From NCBI GenBank assembly GCA_031398055.1, contig JANNMS010000263.1, positions 5,488 through 69,487 of the forward strand: a stretch of DNA of 64,000 nt, read 5' to 3'. A program made the position numbers and the translations under genes. This stretch comes from Saprospirales bacterium (GTDB taxonomy: Bacteria > Bacteroidota > Bacteroidia > Chitinophagales > Saprospiraceae). Below are positions 38,577 to 48,001 of the stretch, in pieces (position 1 is the first letter of the stretch; every line of letters starts with the position of its first letter). Below the pieces are notes generated by a model, which did no database searches, was not told the DNA's origin, and was given only the letters and a program-made list of their open reading frames with translations.

Positions 38577-39349
38577 AATTGTTGGATAAATTCAAGACAA
38601 GCCATTTCTGGCCGTTCGTTTTTCATAAAATTTTCGCCAATCAACAAGCCATCGAACCCGGCGGCGAGCAATTTTTTGGCAGTCGCGGGGTCAGAAATTC
38701 CGCTTTCCGAAATTTTGGCGACCGTTTTTGGCAACAAATCCAGCAACCGGATCGAGTGTTCGATGTCCACTTTGAAATCTTTCAAATTGCGGTTGTTCAC
38801 GCCCACGACTTGGATATTTTCAGAAAAAACATCCAATTCCCGCTCGTCGTGGATTTCCAAAAGGACTTGCAAACCGAGAGAATTGGCGGTTTTTGAAAGA
38901 TTTTTTACCTCCTTTTTGGTCAAATTTGCGGCAATCAACAAAATCGCGTCGGCTCCGATGGATTTGGCTTCGAGGATTTGAAACTCGTCCACGACAAAAT
39001 CTTTTTGCAAAATGGGGCAAAAATTGACCGCCCGCGCCGCCCGCAAATCGTCGAATTTTCCACCAAAAAAGGTCGTGTCCGTCAAAATCGAAAGTGCCGC
39101 CGCGCCGGATTTTACATAACCTGTCGTGACTGTTTCGACATCGGCGAGGCCATTTATCAAGCCTTTCGACGGCGAGCGGCGTTTGAATTCAGCGATGATT
39201 CCGGGCGGTTTTTCTTTGATATTTTTCGCCAGCGGCACGCAGGTTCGGGCGAAAAACGGGCTGTTCTCCAATGTTTTTATTGAAAAAAGTGCTTTTCGGT
39301 TGGCGACTTCGCGTTTTTTGTGGGCGATGATTTTTTGTAAAATATTCAT
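38573..39349 (-). CDS. trpC: Indole-3-glycerol phosphate synthase
   Basis: IIAEFKRRSPSKG and ...VGVNNRNLKDF... ATGA overlap with trpFB. Confidence 0.92.
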   Translation of the reverse strand: MNILQKIIAHKKREVANRKALFSIKTLENSPFFARTCVPLAKNIKEKPPGIIAEFKRRSPSKGLINGLADVETVTTGYVKSGAAALSILTDTTFFGGKFDDLRAARAVNFCPILQKDFVVDEFQILEAKSIGADAILLIAANLTKKEVKNLSKTANSLGLQVLLEIHDERELDVFSENIQVVGVNNRNLKDFKVDIEHSIRLLDLLPKTVAKISESGISDPATAKKLLAAGFDGLLIGENFMKNERPEMACLEFIQQL

Positions 39350-39409
39350 TTTTGGGTCCGCAAAACGTCGTCGAGGTTTTAAACCTCGACGACGTTCCGT
39401 TCATCTTTT

Positions 39410-40399
39410 TTAATTTAAAGAAATCAGTTTTTTTAAAGCCCTTTTCGCCCGGCCAGATTCCAAAGATTCGGTCGCGGCGGCGATGCCTTCCTCCAAATTT
39501 TTGGCGATGCCGCAACATTTCAAAGCCAGCGCGGCGTTGGCCACGACGACCCGTTTTTGTGGCACAGTGCCTTGACTTTCAAGGATTTGGATGAAAATTT
39601 TCGCGGCGTCGTCCACCGTTTCGCCGCCAAAAATGTCGGTTTCGGAAACCGCGCCGCCGAAATTTTCGGGCAGCAAATTGGCCTCGCCGTCGTGGAAAAA
39701 ACAAGCCGCCGGGGCAGTCAACGAGACTTCATCGTAGCCTCCGTGCGTGTGGACAATGGCAAATTTTTTCCCAGATTCCTGCAAAATATATCGGTAAATC
39801 CGCCCCAGTTCGAGGTTGAAAACGCCGGTCAATTGGGCGGCGGGCGAGGCCGGATTGACCAACGGGCCGAGCATATTGAAAAAAGTTTTGATGCCGAGCG
39901 CACGTCGGACGGGCGCGACATTTTTCAAAGCGGGGTGAAAAAGTGGCGCGTGCAAAAAGCAAATCCCCGCTTCGTCAAGTTCGCGGCGCAGCGCGTCGTT
40001 GTCATTTTTGAAAATGTAGCCCAATTTTTCCATGACATTCGACGAGCCGCAGACCGACGAAACGCCGTAATTTCCATGTTTTGCAACTTTCGCGCCCGCG
40101 CCCGCTGCGACGAACGAGGCCAAAGTTGAAATGTTAAAAGTGTTTTTTGCATCGCCGCCCGTGCCGCACAAATCGAGGGTCGGCGTGCCGTCAAAATCAA
40201 CGCGGCGGCAAAGTTCGAGGAGCGCGTCGCGGAAACCGGCGAGTTCCTCGACCGCGATATTTCGCATCAAATACACGGTGATAAAAGCCGCGATTTGTGC
40301 TTCATTGCATTGATTCTGAGCGATTTGCATCAGCGCGGCGCGTGCCTCGGCGCGGCTGAGTTTTCGGTGTTCGATGAGATGATTGAGTATATTTTTCAT
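39410..40399 (-). CDS. trpD: Anthranilate phosphoribosyltransferase
   Basis: CGTGGDAKNTFNISTLASFVAAGAG and ...KHGN... Confidence 0.92.
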   Translation of the reverse strand: MKNILNHLIEHRKLSRAEARAALMQIAQNQCNEAQIAAFITVYLMRNIAVEELAGFRDALLELCRRVDFDGTPTLDLCGTGGDAKNTFNISTLASFVAAGAGAKVAKHGNYGVSSVCGSSNVMEKLGYIFKNDNDALRRELDEAGICFLHAPLFHPALKNVAPVRRALGIKTFFNMLGPLVNPASPAAQLTGVFNLELGRIYRYILQESGKKFAIVHTHGGYDEVSLTAPAACFFHDGEANLLPENFGGAVSETDIFGGETVDDAAKIFIQILESQGTVPQKRVVVANAALALKCCGIAKNLEEGIAAATESLESGRAKRALKKLISLN

Positions 40400-40457
40400 G
40401 TTTTTTTAGTTGGTGAATGCCATAAAAGAAAAGACATTTTTTTAAAAAATGTCTTTT

Positions 40458-41027
40458 CTAATCAGTCAACCAATTTTCCAAAATCTGTTTTCCGTGCAGC
40501 GTCATCACCGATTCGGGGTGAAACTGCACGCCGCAAACATCAAATTCCCGGTGGCGCATCGCCATGATTTGCCCGGTTTCGTCCTCGCAAGTCACCTGCA
40601 AAATTTCGGGCAAACCGTCCCGCGAAACCACCCAAGAATGATAACGACCTGCGTCAAAATTTTGTGGGATATTTTGAAAAATCGGTTCGTCCAGCGCGGT
40701 CACGGTCATCGAAGTGGCGACGCCGTGAAACACATTTTCCAAATTTTCGAGCCGCCCGCCGAACACTTCGCCGATGGCTTGCAGGCCGAGGCAGACGCCA
40801 AAAATGGGTTTTTTCCCGGCCAATTTTTCAATGACCTCGCACAAAATCCCAGATTCGCGGGGCAGACCGGGACCGGGCGACAGCACGATTTTGTCGTATT
40901 TTTCAACTTCGGCGACCGTGATTTTGTCGTTGCGAAAAACATCGGGGCGCGTGCCTGTGATTTCCTCGATGTATTGAACGAGGTTGTAAGTGAACGAATC
41001 GTAGTTATCTAAAATCAGGATTTTCAT
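40458..41027 (-). CDS. trpG: Anthranilate synthase component II (glutamine amidotransferase)
   Basis: ILILDNYDSFTYNL, GVCLGLQ, VQFHPES. Confidence 0.92.
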   Translation of the reverse strand: MKILILDNYDSFTYNLVQYIEEITGTRPDVFRNDKITVAEVEKYDKIVLSPGPGLPRESGILCEVIEKLAGKKPIFGVCLGLQAIGEVFGGRLENLENVFHGVATSMTVTALDEPIFQNIPQNFDAGRYHSWVVSRDGLPEILQVTCEDETGQIMAMRHREFDVCGVQFHPESVMTLHGKQILENWLTD

Positions 41028-41063
41028 AAAAAATGAAATTTGAAAATGGTTTTTTGAAATTTT

Positions 41064-42497
41064 TCAAAATGACGCTGCCAATTTCACAGCCCGCCGCAGC
41101 GCACCGATTTTGTTAAAAACTTCCTGGGTTTCCGACTCTTCGTCGGAATATTTCACGACACCCGCCCCGGCCTGAAAATGCAACGTATTGTTTTTTGACA
41201 AAAAAGAACGAATCAAAATCGCGTGGTTCATCTCGTTCTCAAAATTGAAAAAACCGATGCAGCCGCCGTAAAATCCGCGAGGCTGCGGTTCGAGGTGGTC
41301 AATAATTTGCATGGCGCGAAATTTTGGCGCGCCGGAAAGTGTGCCCGCCGGAAAAGTCTCGCCGAGCAACCGCACCCGCGAGGCATCGACTGGAAATTCG
41401 CCCTCGACCGTCGAAACGAGGTGGATGACGTGGCTGAAAAATTGCACGTCTTTCAACATCGAAACGCGCACTTTTCGGGCAATCCGGCTCAAATCATTGC
41501 GGGCGAGATCGACGAGCATGATGTGCTCGGCATTTTCTTTCGGGTCGGCCACGAGGTGTTCGACGGCGGCGCGATCGGCGTTGTCGTCACCGGTTCGGCG
41601 CACGGTTCCGGCGATTGGGTTGATGATGGCTTTCTTTTTTTCGCCGTGCGCCGTCTGCCGTCCGCCATCCGCCGTCACTCGGATTTGGGCTTCGGGCGAC
41701 GAGCCAAACAAGCGAAAATCGCCAAAATCAAAGTAAAAAAGGTACGGCGAAGGGTTCACGGAACGCAGCGCGCGGTACACATTGAACTCGTCGCCCGTGA
41801 ATTTTTGGGAAAATTGGCGCGACACGACGACCTGAAAAACATCGCCACGCTGGCAGTGGTTTTTTCCGGCCGTGACCATTTTTTTGAAAAAATCATCGGT
41901 CATGTTGGTCTGTTCGTCGCCCTCGATTTGAAATTTGAAACTGGGGAAAACGGGCGAGGCAATCAAGTTTTCGAGGTCGTCGATGCGCGAAATTTGGCCG
42001 TTCGGCAGGTTTTCGAGGAGCGTCATCGTGTCTTTAAAATGGTCGATGCACACCACGAACCGGAACAAACGATAGCAAAGCAGGGGGATTTTTCGGTCAA
42101 TTTGGGGCCGGTCGGCGAGTTCGATATTTTCAAAAAACTGCACCGCGTCGTAGGTTGAGTAGCCGAAAAAACCGTTGAATTTTCGGGCGGTTTTGGTCTC
42201 GGTTTCGATTTGAAATTGGTTGAAAAAATCATCCAAGGCATTGAAAATCAGCGAGTTGGCCGCTATTTTTTTTGAAATTTTTTGGCCGCCGGGCAATTCA
42301 GTTTCCAGTCGGTCGTCGTGCAAAGTGACCCCGGCAATCGGGTCGAGGCACAAAAACGAGAGGCTGTTTTCTTTGGCATGGTAATCCGAACTTTCGAGCA
42401 AAAGTGCGCCCGGAAACCTGTCGCGGAGCCGCAAATAAAGGCTCACCGGAGTGATGGTGTCGGCGGGCAGTTTTTTTTCGAGGACTTGAATTTTCAT
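41064..42497 (-). CDS. trpE: Anthranilate synthase component I
   Basis: Chorismate-binding motifs ...GTLSGAPKFRAMQII... and GGCIGFF. I prefer the start MKIQVLE at 42497. Confidence 0.92.
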   Translation of the reverse strand: MKIQVLEKKLPADTITPVSLYLRLRDRFPGALLLESSDYHAKENSLSFLCLDPIAGVTLHDDRLETELPGGQKISKKIAANSLIFNALDDFFNQFQIETETKTARKFNGFFGYSTYDAVQFFENIELADRPQIDRKIPLLCYRLFRFVVCIDHFKDTMTLLENLPNGQISRIDDLENLIASPVFPSFKFQIEGDEQTNMTDDFFKKMVTAGKNHCQRGDVFQVVVSRQFSQKFTGDEFNVYRALRSVNPSPYLFYFDFGDFRLFGSSPEAQIRVTADGGRQTAHGEKKKAIINPIAGTVRRTGDDNADRAAVEHLVADPKENAEHIMLVDLARNDLSRIARKVRVSMLKDVQFFSHVIHLVSTVEGEFPVDASRVRLLGETFPAGTLSGAPKFRAMQIIDHLEPQPRGFYGGCIGFFNFENEMNHAILIRSFLSKNNTLHFQAGAGVVKYSDEESETQEVFNKIGALRRAVKLAASF

Positions 42498-42535
42498 TTT
42501 TGAAAAAAGTGGATTGAGTTGATTTTTTGACCAAC

Positions 42536-42570
42536 AAAAAAGGCTCACCGCGTGCGGTGAGCCTTTTTTG
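42536..42570 (-). terminator. Candidate trp attenuator terminator, between the leader ORF and trpE
   Basis: On the minus strand, ggctcaccg-cacg-cggtgagcc (9-bp stem, 42542-42563) is followed by TTTTTTG. It lies 45 nt upstream of the trpE ATG. Confidence 0.7.
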
Positions 42571-42610
42571 TTGTTGAAATTCAGGATTTCAAAAATACCA
42601 AAAAGACAAA

Positions 42611-42676
42611 TTACCGGCGCGGATGCGTTTCGGAAACTTGCCACCAATTGATGTTTTTGAAATTGAAATTTTGCAT
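42611..42676 (-). CDS. trp operon leader peptide (21 codons, tandem Trp-Trp)
   Basis: Hand translation of ATG..TAA gives MQNFNFKNINWWQVSETHPRR. The TGG TGG codons are at 42641-42646. It sits directly upstream of the terminator hairpin and trpE. Confidence 0.7.
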   Translation of the reverse strand: MQNFNFKNINWWQVSETHPRR

Positions 42677-42803
42677 CGTCAAATATTTTTTTGATGGGTC
42701 AAAGTAACGGCGGCATTTTTCAGAGAAACAAGCCGCGCTGGTTTTTTTATTTTAAAATATTTTTTTCCAAAATTTTAAAACTTTGAAAACCAATAGTTTG
42801 CGT

Positions 42804-43643
42804 TCATTTTAGTCCTGCAAAATTTTTCGCAGAATTGGTGTCGCACTTCATCCAATCGGGAACGGGGTCGCCGGTTTCGGCGAGGAACGCGACTTTTCCG
42901 GCATCGGTCACACGGAATTTCCAGACGTGGGCCTTGCCTTTTCCACTCGACCACGAGCCAAAACGGAGCACAAAATCCAGTTCCCAACCACCCGGAATCC
43001 GCCGCGCCACGATGTCGTTGCCCATCACTTTTGGGATTCCGAGGTCGATGTCATCCACGCCTTCGACGTTGCTGATTTCGTTGGCGATGGCCGCCATATT
43101 TATCGGCGACCGGGCGCGGATGGTGATCGCGTCCTGGTGGTCCGTCCAGTTTACGTGTTTTTCGATGACCAATTTGTACTTGTCCAAAAGGTCATTGATG
43201 GCCGGGCTGTTCGTTTCGGAAAGGCCTTGTTCGAGGGGTTTTGCCCAGCCGATATTTTTTTGGTAAATGACCACGAGCAGGTCAATCGACGGGTTTGGAA
43301 AAGTGTGGACGTTGCATCGTTCGATGCCTTTTGCCCGCTCGTTGCCGAGGTAAACATTGGCTAACGCGTTGAAAATCAAATCAATAGATTCTTTTTGGAT
43401 AAACGGGCTGAGGTAACGAAAGTCTTCGCCGCCCGCGCCGAGGCGCAACGAAAGCCGTGCCGCGTCGCGTTGAAATTTGCGGGCGATGTCTTTTGGCAAC
43501 TCGCCGGAGCGGTCTTGAAATTGGTTTTTTTGTGCAAAAAATTGCCCCGGTTTTTCCATCCGGAAAGCGGTGGAAAACAGGAAAACGGCGAAAACAATTA
43601 AAATTTTCAAACAGGTCTGAGATACGGAAATCATAGTACACAA
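42804..43643 (-). CDS. Hypothetical secreted protein
   Basis: N-terminal hydrophobic signal ...ILIVFAVFLFSTAF. No recognised domain. Confidence 0.55.
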   Translation of the reverse strand: MCTMISVSQTCLKILIVFAVFLFSTAFRMEKPGQFFAQKNQFQDRSGELPKDIARKFQRDAARLSLRLGAGGEDFRYLSPFIQKESIDLIFNALANVYLGNERAKGIERCNVHTFPNPSIDLLVVIYQKNIGWAKPLEQGLSETNSPAINDLLDKYKLVIEKHVNWTDHQDAITIRARSPINMAAIANEISNVEGVDDIDLGIPKVMGNDIVARRIPGGWELDFVLRFGSWSSGKGKAHVWKFRVTDAGKVAFLAETGDPVPDWMKCDTNSAKNFAGLK

Positions 43644-43886
43644 GATTTAAAATCAAAAAAAGGTGGCTGCAAGTTTTTTCACGAACGGCAAACCAAATTT
43701 CTGTGACTCGTTTTTGTTAAAATTTATGGCATTTTTTTGAAGTGCCAACATTTTACGGACGGTCGGACGGCAGGTTTTGAAGTCACAGAAGTTTAACAAG
43801 GATAGCATGGATTTCGGCCTGAATTGATTGTGTTTGCATGGCTTTTGCAACCCTAATTTTTTCAAATTTTTAATCAAACTCACATC

Positions 43887-45020
43887 ATGCAATCCATCAG
43901 TTTCGCTGTCAGCAACCACCAAGAATTTCAGGAAAATATCCAAAAAGCAAGGGAAAACGGGCTGAATCCGACGCTTGCCATTGTTTTTGCTTCCACCGAT
44001 TTTGAAATCGAGGCCATCCAAAAAGTATTTACCGAAAATAAAATCGACCTTTTTGGCTGCACGACAGCCGGTGAAATATTGGACAAGCAAGTTCTTGACC
44101 AAAGTGCTGTGTGTTTGTTGTTGGATTTAAAAAAATCGGCATACAAACTTTTGGCGACCGACCACGGCGGCCATTCTGTTTACAAAACTTCGTTTTTGTT
44201 GGGTCAGGAGGCCAAAAAATCGTTTTCCGAACCGGGCATTTTGCTGCTTTCCGGCGGCGTCGCAGTGAATGCCGACGAAATCGTGATGGGCGTGAAAGAT
44301 GGCGTTGGCCGCGAAATCCCATTTTACGGCGGGCAGGCGGGCGATGATTTGCATTTGAAAGAGACCGTTGTTTTTTCCAATAATTTAAAAACCAGCAACG
44401 GGTTGGCTTGCCTGTTTTTGGACACGGAAATCGTGGAAATCAAAGGCATGGCGACGAGCGGTTGGGAAGCCATCGGCGGCGAAAACACGGTGACCGAGGT
44501 CGTCGGAAATGTGCTGCACGGCATCAACGACGAACCCGCGCTGGATGTGTTTTTGAAACATTTTGGCTTTTTTGACAACACTGAAATCCGGGGCAGTGCC
44601 ATCACCAGTTTGAGTGCGCAATATCCGCTTCAAATTGTAAAAGATGGTTATACGGTTTTGCGTAGCCCGGTGCTTGCTGATTTTGATAACCGTACTTTGA
44701 CGCTTTCGACTGGCGTGGAAATGGGACAAAAATTCCGGTTTTCAATTGCCCCTGGTTTTGAGGTTTTGGAAAAAACGGTGGCTGAATTTTCCCATTTGCA
44801 ACAACAAACGCCCAATCCGGATGCCGTGATTTTGTTTTCTTGCAAGGGTCGGCACGCGGCTTTTGGCCCCCTGCTCGAAGAGGAAATCGATGGACTTTAC
44901 AACCATTGGAACACGCCGATGATTGGTTTTTTCAGTTACGGAGAGATTGGCAACACGCCTTCCGGGGTCTGTGAATTTCACAACGAAACCTGCTCACTCG
45001 TGCTGCTGCGCGAAAAATAA
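43887..45020 (+). CDS. FIST-domain sensory protein (FIST_N + FIST_C)
   Basis: The overall pattern ...LAIVFAS..., GCTTAGEI, ...ILFSCKGR..., GFFSYGEIG is typical of FIST proteins. Confidence 0.7.
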   Translation: MQSISFAVSNHQEFQENIQKARENGLNPTLAIVFASTDFEIEAIQKVFTENKIDLFGCTTAGEILDKQVLDQSAVCLLLDLKKSAYKLLATDHGGHSVYKTSFLLGQEAKKSFSEPGILLLSGGVAVNADEIVMGVKDGVGREIPFYGGQAGDDLHLKETVVFSNNLKTSNGLACLFLDTEIVEIKGMATSGWEAIGGENTVTEVVGNVLHGINDEPALDVFLKHFGFFDNTEIRGSAITSLSAQYPLQIVKDGYTVLRSPVLADFDNRTLTLSTGVEMGQKFRFSIAPGFEVLEKTVAEFSHLQQQTPNPDAVILFSCKGRHAAFGPLLEEEIDGLYNHWNTPMIGFFSYGEIGNTPSGVCEFHNETCSLVLLREK

Positions 45021-45044
45021 ACGCCCCAAAAAACACTAACAAAA

Positions 45045-46037
45045 ATGTCCAACGATAATCCAACAGAAAAATTAAAACTAAAAATCGAGGCACTCGGGCT
45101 TTCCCCGGCGGCTCAAAACGACCTGTTTTTGGAAATCAATTTGGTTGAAAAACAGATTGTCAAGTTGGATTTTAAAAGTTTGCGCTCGGCGAAAGACAAG
45201 GAAATTGCGGTCAATTTGCTGAACACTTCGCTCGAAAATTTGGAAAAAAACAACCGCGAACTGCTGCTGAAAAACGAGGAAATCGAGCAGAAAAACCTGG
45301 AATTGAGCGCCCAAAAAACACAAATCGAGGCTTCGGCGCAAAAATTGGAGGCCAATTTGCGCGAACTCACCCATTCTTACGAAGCCCTCGAACAGTTTTC
45401 GTACATCGCGTCGCACGATTTGAAAACGCCGCTGCGCAACATCGCCGGGTATTCGCAACTTTTGAAACGGCGGTACGAAAACCAGTTGGATGGGCAAGCC
45501 CTCGAATTCCTGAATTTCATCGTGGATGGCGTGAAACAGATGCACGAAATCATTTCGGATGTGCAGGAATATTCGCAAATGTCCATCCGGAATTTGCAGC
45601 CGGTGCTTTCCGATTTGAACAGTTTGGTGGAAAAATCACTAAAAAATTTGGCCGAAGAAATCGAAGAATCGGGTGCGGTGGTAAAAATTACGCCGCTGCC
45701 CACGCTGTCCGTTCACCCGTCTGGCATCATCCAGTTGTTCCAAAACTTGGTTTCCAACGCCATCAAATTCAAAACGGACCAGCCGCCGATTGTCGAGATT
45801 TTTGCCGAAAAAAAGCAAAAACACTGGCATTTTCAGGTTTCTGACAACGGCTGCGGCATCGAAAAAACATTTAACCAAAAAATTTTCCAACCTTTTCAAC
45901 GTCTTCAAACCACGCTGCCCGGCAAGGGAATGGGGCTTGCGATTTGCAAAAAAGTGGTACAATTGCACCACGGTGAAATCTGGCACGAGCCGCGAACGGA
46001 GGGCGGGTCGGTGTTTCATTTTACGATTGCTGAATAG
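45045..46037 (+). CDS. Cytoplasmic sensor histidine kinase (coiled coil + HisKA + HATPase_c)
   Basis: H-box FSYIASHDLKTPLRNI, N-box LVSNAIKF, G-boxes DNGCGI and GKGMGLAICKK. No TM segment. Confidence 0.88.
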   Translation: MSNDNPTEKLKLKIEALGLSPAAQNDLFLEINLVEKQIVKLDFKSLRSAKDKEIAVNLLNTSLENLEKNNRELLLKNEEIEQKNLELSAQKTQIEASAQKLEANLRELTHSYEALEQFSYIASHDLKTPLRNIAGYSQLLKRRYENQLDGQALEFLNFIVDGVKQMHEIISDVQEYSQMSIRNLQPVLSDLNSLVEKSLKNLAEEIEESGAVVKITPLPTLSVHPSGIIQLFQNLVSNAIKFKTDQPPIVEIFAEKKQKHWHFQVSDNGCGIEKTFNQKIFQPFQRLQTTLPGKGMGLAICKKVVQLHHGEIWHEPRTEGGSVFHFTIAE

Positions 46038-46040
46038 ACG

Positions 46041-46086
46041 TTGGACATTGGATGGCCAAGTCCAAAGTCCAACATCCAAAGTCCAA
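46041..46086. repeat. Short 'word' hairpin (TCCAAAG / TTGGA words)
   Basis: ttggacattggatgg faces ccaacatccaaagtccaa, between the HK stop and the next gene's ATG. Confidence 0.6.
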
Positions 46087-46089
46087 AAC

Positions 46090-46674
46090 ATGATTTACGA
46101 ATTTCAAGGTTTCCGCCCAGTCATCCACGAATCTTCGTTCATCCATCCGCAGGCGGCGGTGACTGGAAATGTGATTGTCGGACGCGATGTTTACGTCGGT
46201 CCGGGCGCGGCGATTCGCGGAGATTGGGGGCAGATTGTCATCGAAGATGGCTGCAACGTGCAGGAAAATTGTACGATCCACATGTTTCCCGGCACGCAAG
46301 TTTTGTTGAAAAATGGGGCGCACATCGGACACGGCGCGATAATTCACGGGGCAATTATTGGAAAAAACGCGCTCGTCGGCATGAATTCTGTCATCATGGA
46401 CGAGGTCGAAATCGGCGACGAATGCATCATCGGCGCACTGTGTTTTATCAAAACTGGTGAAAAAATCCCGCGCCGCAGCCTCGTCGTCGGCAATCCAGGA
46501 AAAATCATCCGCGAAGTTTCGGACGAAATGATGGCTTGGAAAACGGAGGGGACGAAGATTTATCAGGGGCTTCCGGCGGAGTGTTTTGCGTCGTTGCGGG
46601 TTTGTGAGCCGCTGCGGGAAGTTCCAAAATTTGAGAATGAACAAAAGAAAAATTACAAAATCTGGAAAACGTAA
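46090..46674 (+). CDS. Hexapeptide-repeat (left-handed beta-helix) protein, PaaY/CaiE/gamma-carbonic-anhydrase-like
   Basis: The start MIYEFQGFRPVIHESSFIHPQA... and repeated [LIV]G motifs. I prefer the start at 46090 over the ORF-track start at 45790. Confidence 0.8.
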   Translation: MIYEFQGFRPVIHESSFIHPQAAVTGNVIVGRDVYVGPGAAIRGDWGQIVIEDGCNVQENCTIHMFPGTQVLLKNGAHIGHGAIIHGAIIGKNALVGMNSVIMDEVEIGDECIIGALCFIKTGEKIPRRSLVVGNPGKIIREVSDEMMAWKTEGTKIYQGLPAECFASLRVCEPLREVPKFENEQKKNYKIWKT

Positions 46675-46676
46675 TT

Positions 46677-46753
46677 TTACCACAAAGGCACATTAGGAAA
46701 CATAAGTTTTTAAAAATCAACAACTTATGTTTCCTGATGTGTCTTTGTGGTAA
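46677..46753. repeat. Long hairpin with 32-bp arms between convergent genes (terminator-like)
   Basis: ttaccacaaaggcacattaggaaacataagtt (46677-46708) pairs with aacttatgtttcctgatgtgtctttgtggtaa (46722-46753), with 2 mismatches. Confidence 0.9.
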
Positions 46754-46771
46754 AAAAAATGGTTGTAAAAC

Positions 46772-47815
46772 TCAATCGTATTTCAACCCAATTTTCCCCC
46801 GCACCGCGTCCAAAGTCGCCATCAAATCTTCACTAAATTTCAACGGCACGAGCGGACTTTCCTTCAAATTTTGCTGCAAACATTCCATCACATGAATTTG
46901 CTCGAATGAATATCCCCAACCTTCGTACGGAAATTCGAGGTCGCGGACAATCTCTGTCCGGTTCGGGTCGTCAAATTCTGAAATCGAAATTTTTTGGGTG
47001 TGATGCCAACGCGGATGCAAAGTAATCGTGCCTTTTTTCCCAAAAATTTGGGCAATCATCGGCACGTTCGACGAAATTGTGGAGTTCAAAATGGACAATT
47101 TTCCGCCGTCAAATTTGAAAATCATCGCGCAATCTTTGTCCACACCGGTTTCAGTGAAAGTTGCGGCGGCCAAAATGTCGCGCGTTTTTGGTTTCCCAAA
47201 AACAAAATTCGACAGCAAAATCGGGTAAACGCCCACGTCTAAAAGCGAACCGCCACCCAATTTTTTATTAAAAATCCGCCATTCCGGATCGAACGGTGCG
47301 TGAAACCCAAAACTCGAACGGATGGTGTGAACCTCACCTATTTCGTTGTTTTTCAACAAGTTAAACACCTCGCGCACTGCCGGGATGAACCGTGTCCAAA
47401 GTGCTTCCATCAAAAAAACACCATTTTTTCGCGCTGACGAAGTCATCAATTTTGCCTCCGCCAAATTCATGGCAAATGCTTTTTCGCACAAAACTGGCAG
47501 CCCATTTTCGAGGCACATCACCGTCGCGGCGCAGTGCCCGGTGTGCGGCGTCGCGATGTAAACCACGTCCAAATCGGGGCATTTTACAATGTCCTCGTAT
47601 TTTCCAAAAACATGCGGCACGTCGTAAATTTTGGCAAATTCTTCGGCGCGGCCAAGATTGGTGCTGGCAACAGCGTGCAATTTCGCGCCCGGCACGAGCC
47701 GCAAATCATCTGCAAATTTCCGGGCGATGCGGCCGGGCGCGATGATTCCCCAATTTGTGGATTGGATATTTGAAAATTGGTTACTGGTTATTGGGTCGTG
47801 CGGTGCTGGATTCAT
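46772..47815 (-). CDS. Gfo/Idh/MocA-family NAD(P)-dependent oxidoreductase
   Basis: N-terminal Rossmann WGIIAPGRIARKF and the conserved EKA motif (LCEKAFA). Confidence 0.85.
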   Translation of the reverse strand: MNPAPHDPITSNQFSNIQSTNWGIIAPGRIARKFADDLRLVPGAKLHAVASTNLGRAEEFAKIYDVPHVFGKYEDIVKCPDLDVVYIATPHTGHCAATVMCLENGLPVLCEKAFAMNLAEAKLMTSSARKNGVFLMEALWTRFIPAVREVFNLLKNNEIGEVHTIRSSFGFHAPFDPEWRIFNKKLGGGSLLDVGVYPILLSNFVFGKPKTRDILAAATFTETGVDKDCAMIFKFDGGKLSILNSTISSNVPMIAQIFGKKGTITLHPRWHHTQKISISEFDDPNRTEIVRDLEFPYEGWGYSFEQIHVMECLQQNLKESPLVPLKFSEDLMATLDAVRGKIGLKYD

Positions 47816-47890
47816 TTTTGGTCATTTTAAATTTTGAAAAACTAAACTTGCCGCCAAAATACGTGTTTTTTTGCCGTCCGAAAATCAAAA

Positions 47891-47981
47891 GGAACACAGA
47901 TTACACAGATTTTCAAACACAGATTTTGGGGATTATTTTCTGTGAAAATCTGTGGTTGAAAATCTGTGTAATCTGTGTTCC
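47891..47981. repeat. 'Word' hairpin with 37-bp arms (CACAGAT words) in a divergent promoter / 5'-UTR region
   Basis: Arms 47891-47927 / 47945-47981 have 1 mismatch. It ends 20 nt before the mqnC-like ATG. Confidence 0.9.
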
Positions 47982-48001
47982 AATTTTTTAAAATCAAGAA
48001 A

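Noticed and set aside
41223-42158. 311-aa ORF on the + strand
   Set aside because: It is antisense to trpE. It is a shadow ORF.
42536-42570. Interpreting the hairpin upstream of trpE simply as the terminator of the upstream gene 42804..43643
   Set aside because: This is not fully excluded. However, the hairpin lies ~240 nt beyond that gene's stop, with the WW leader ORF in between and only 45 nt before trpE, so I favour the attenuator reading.
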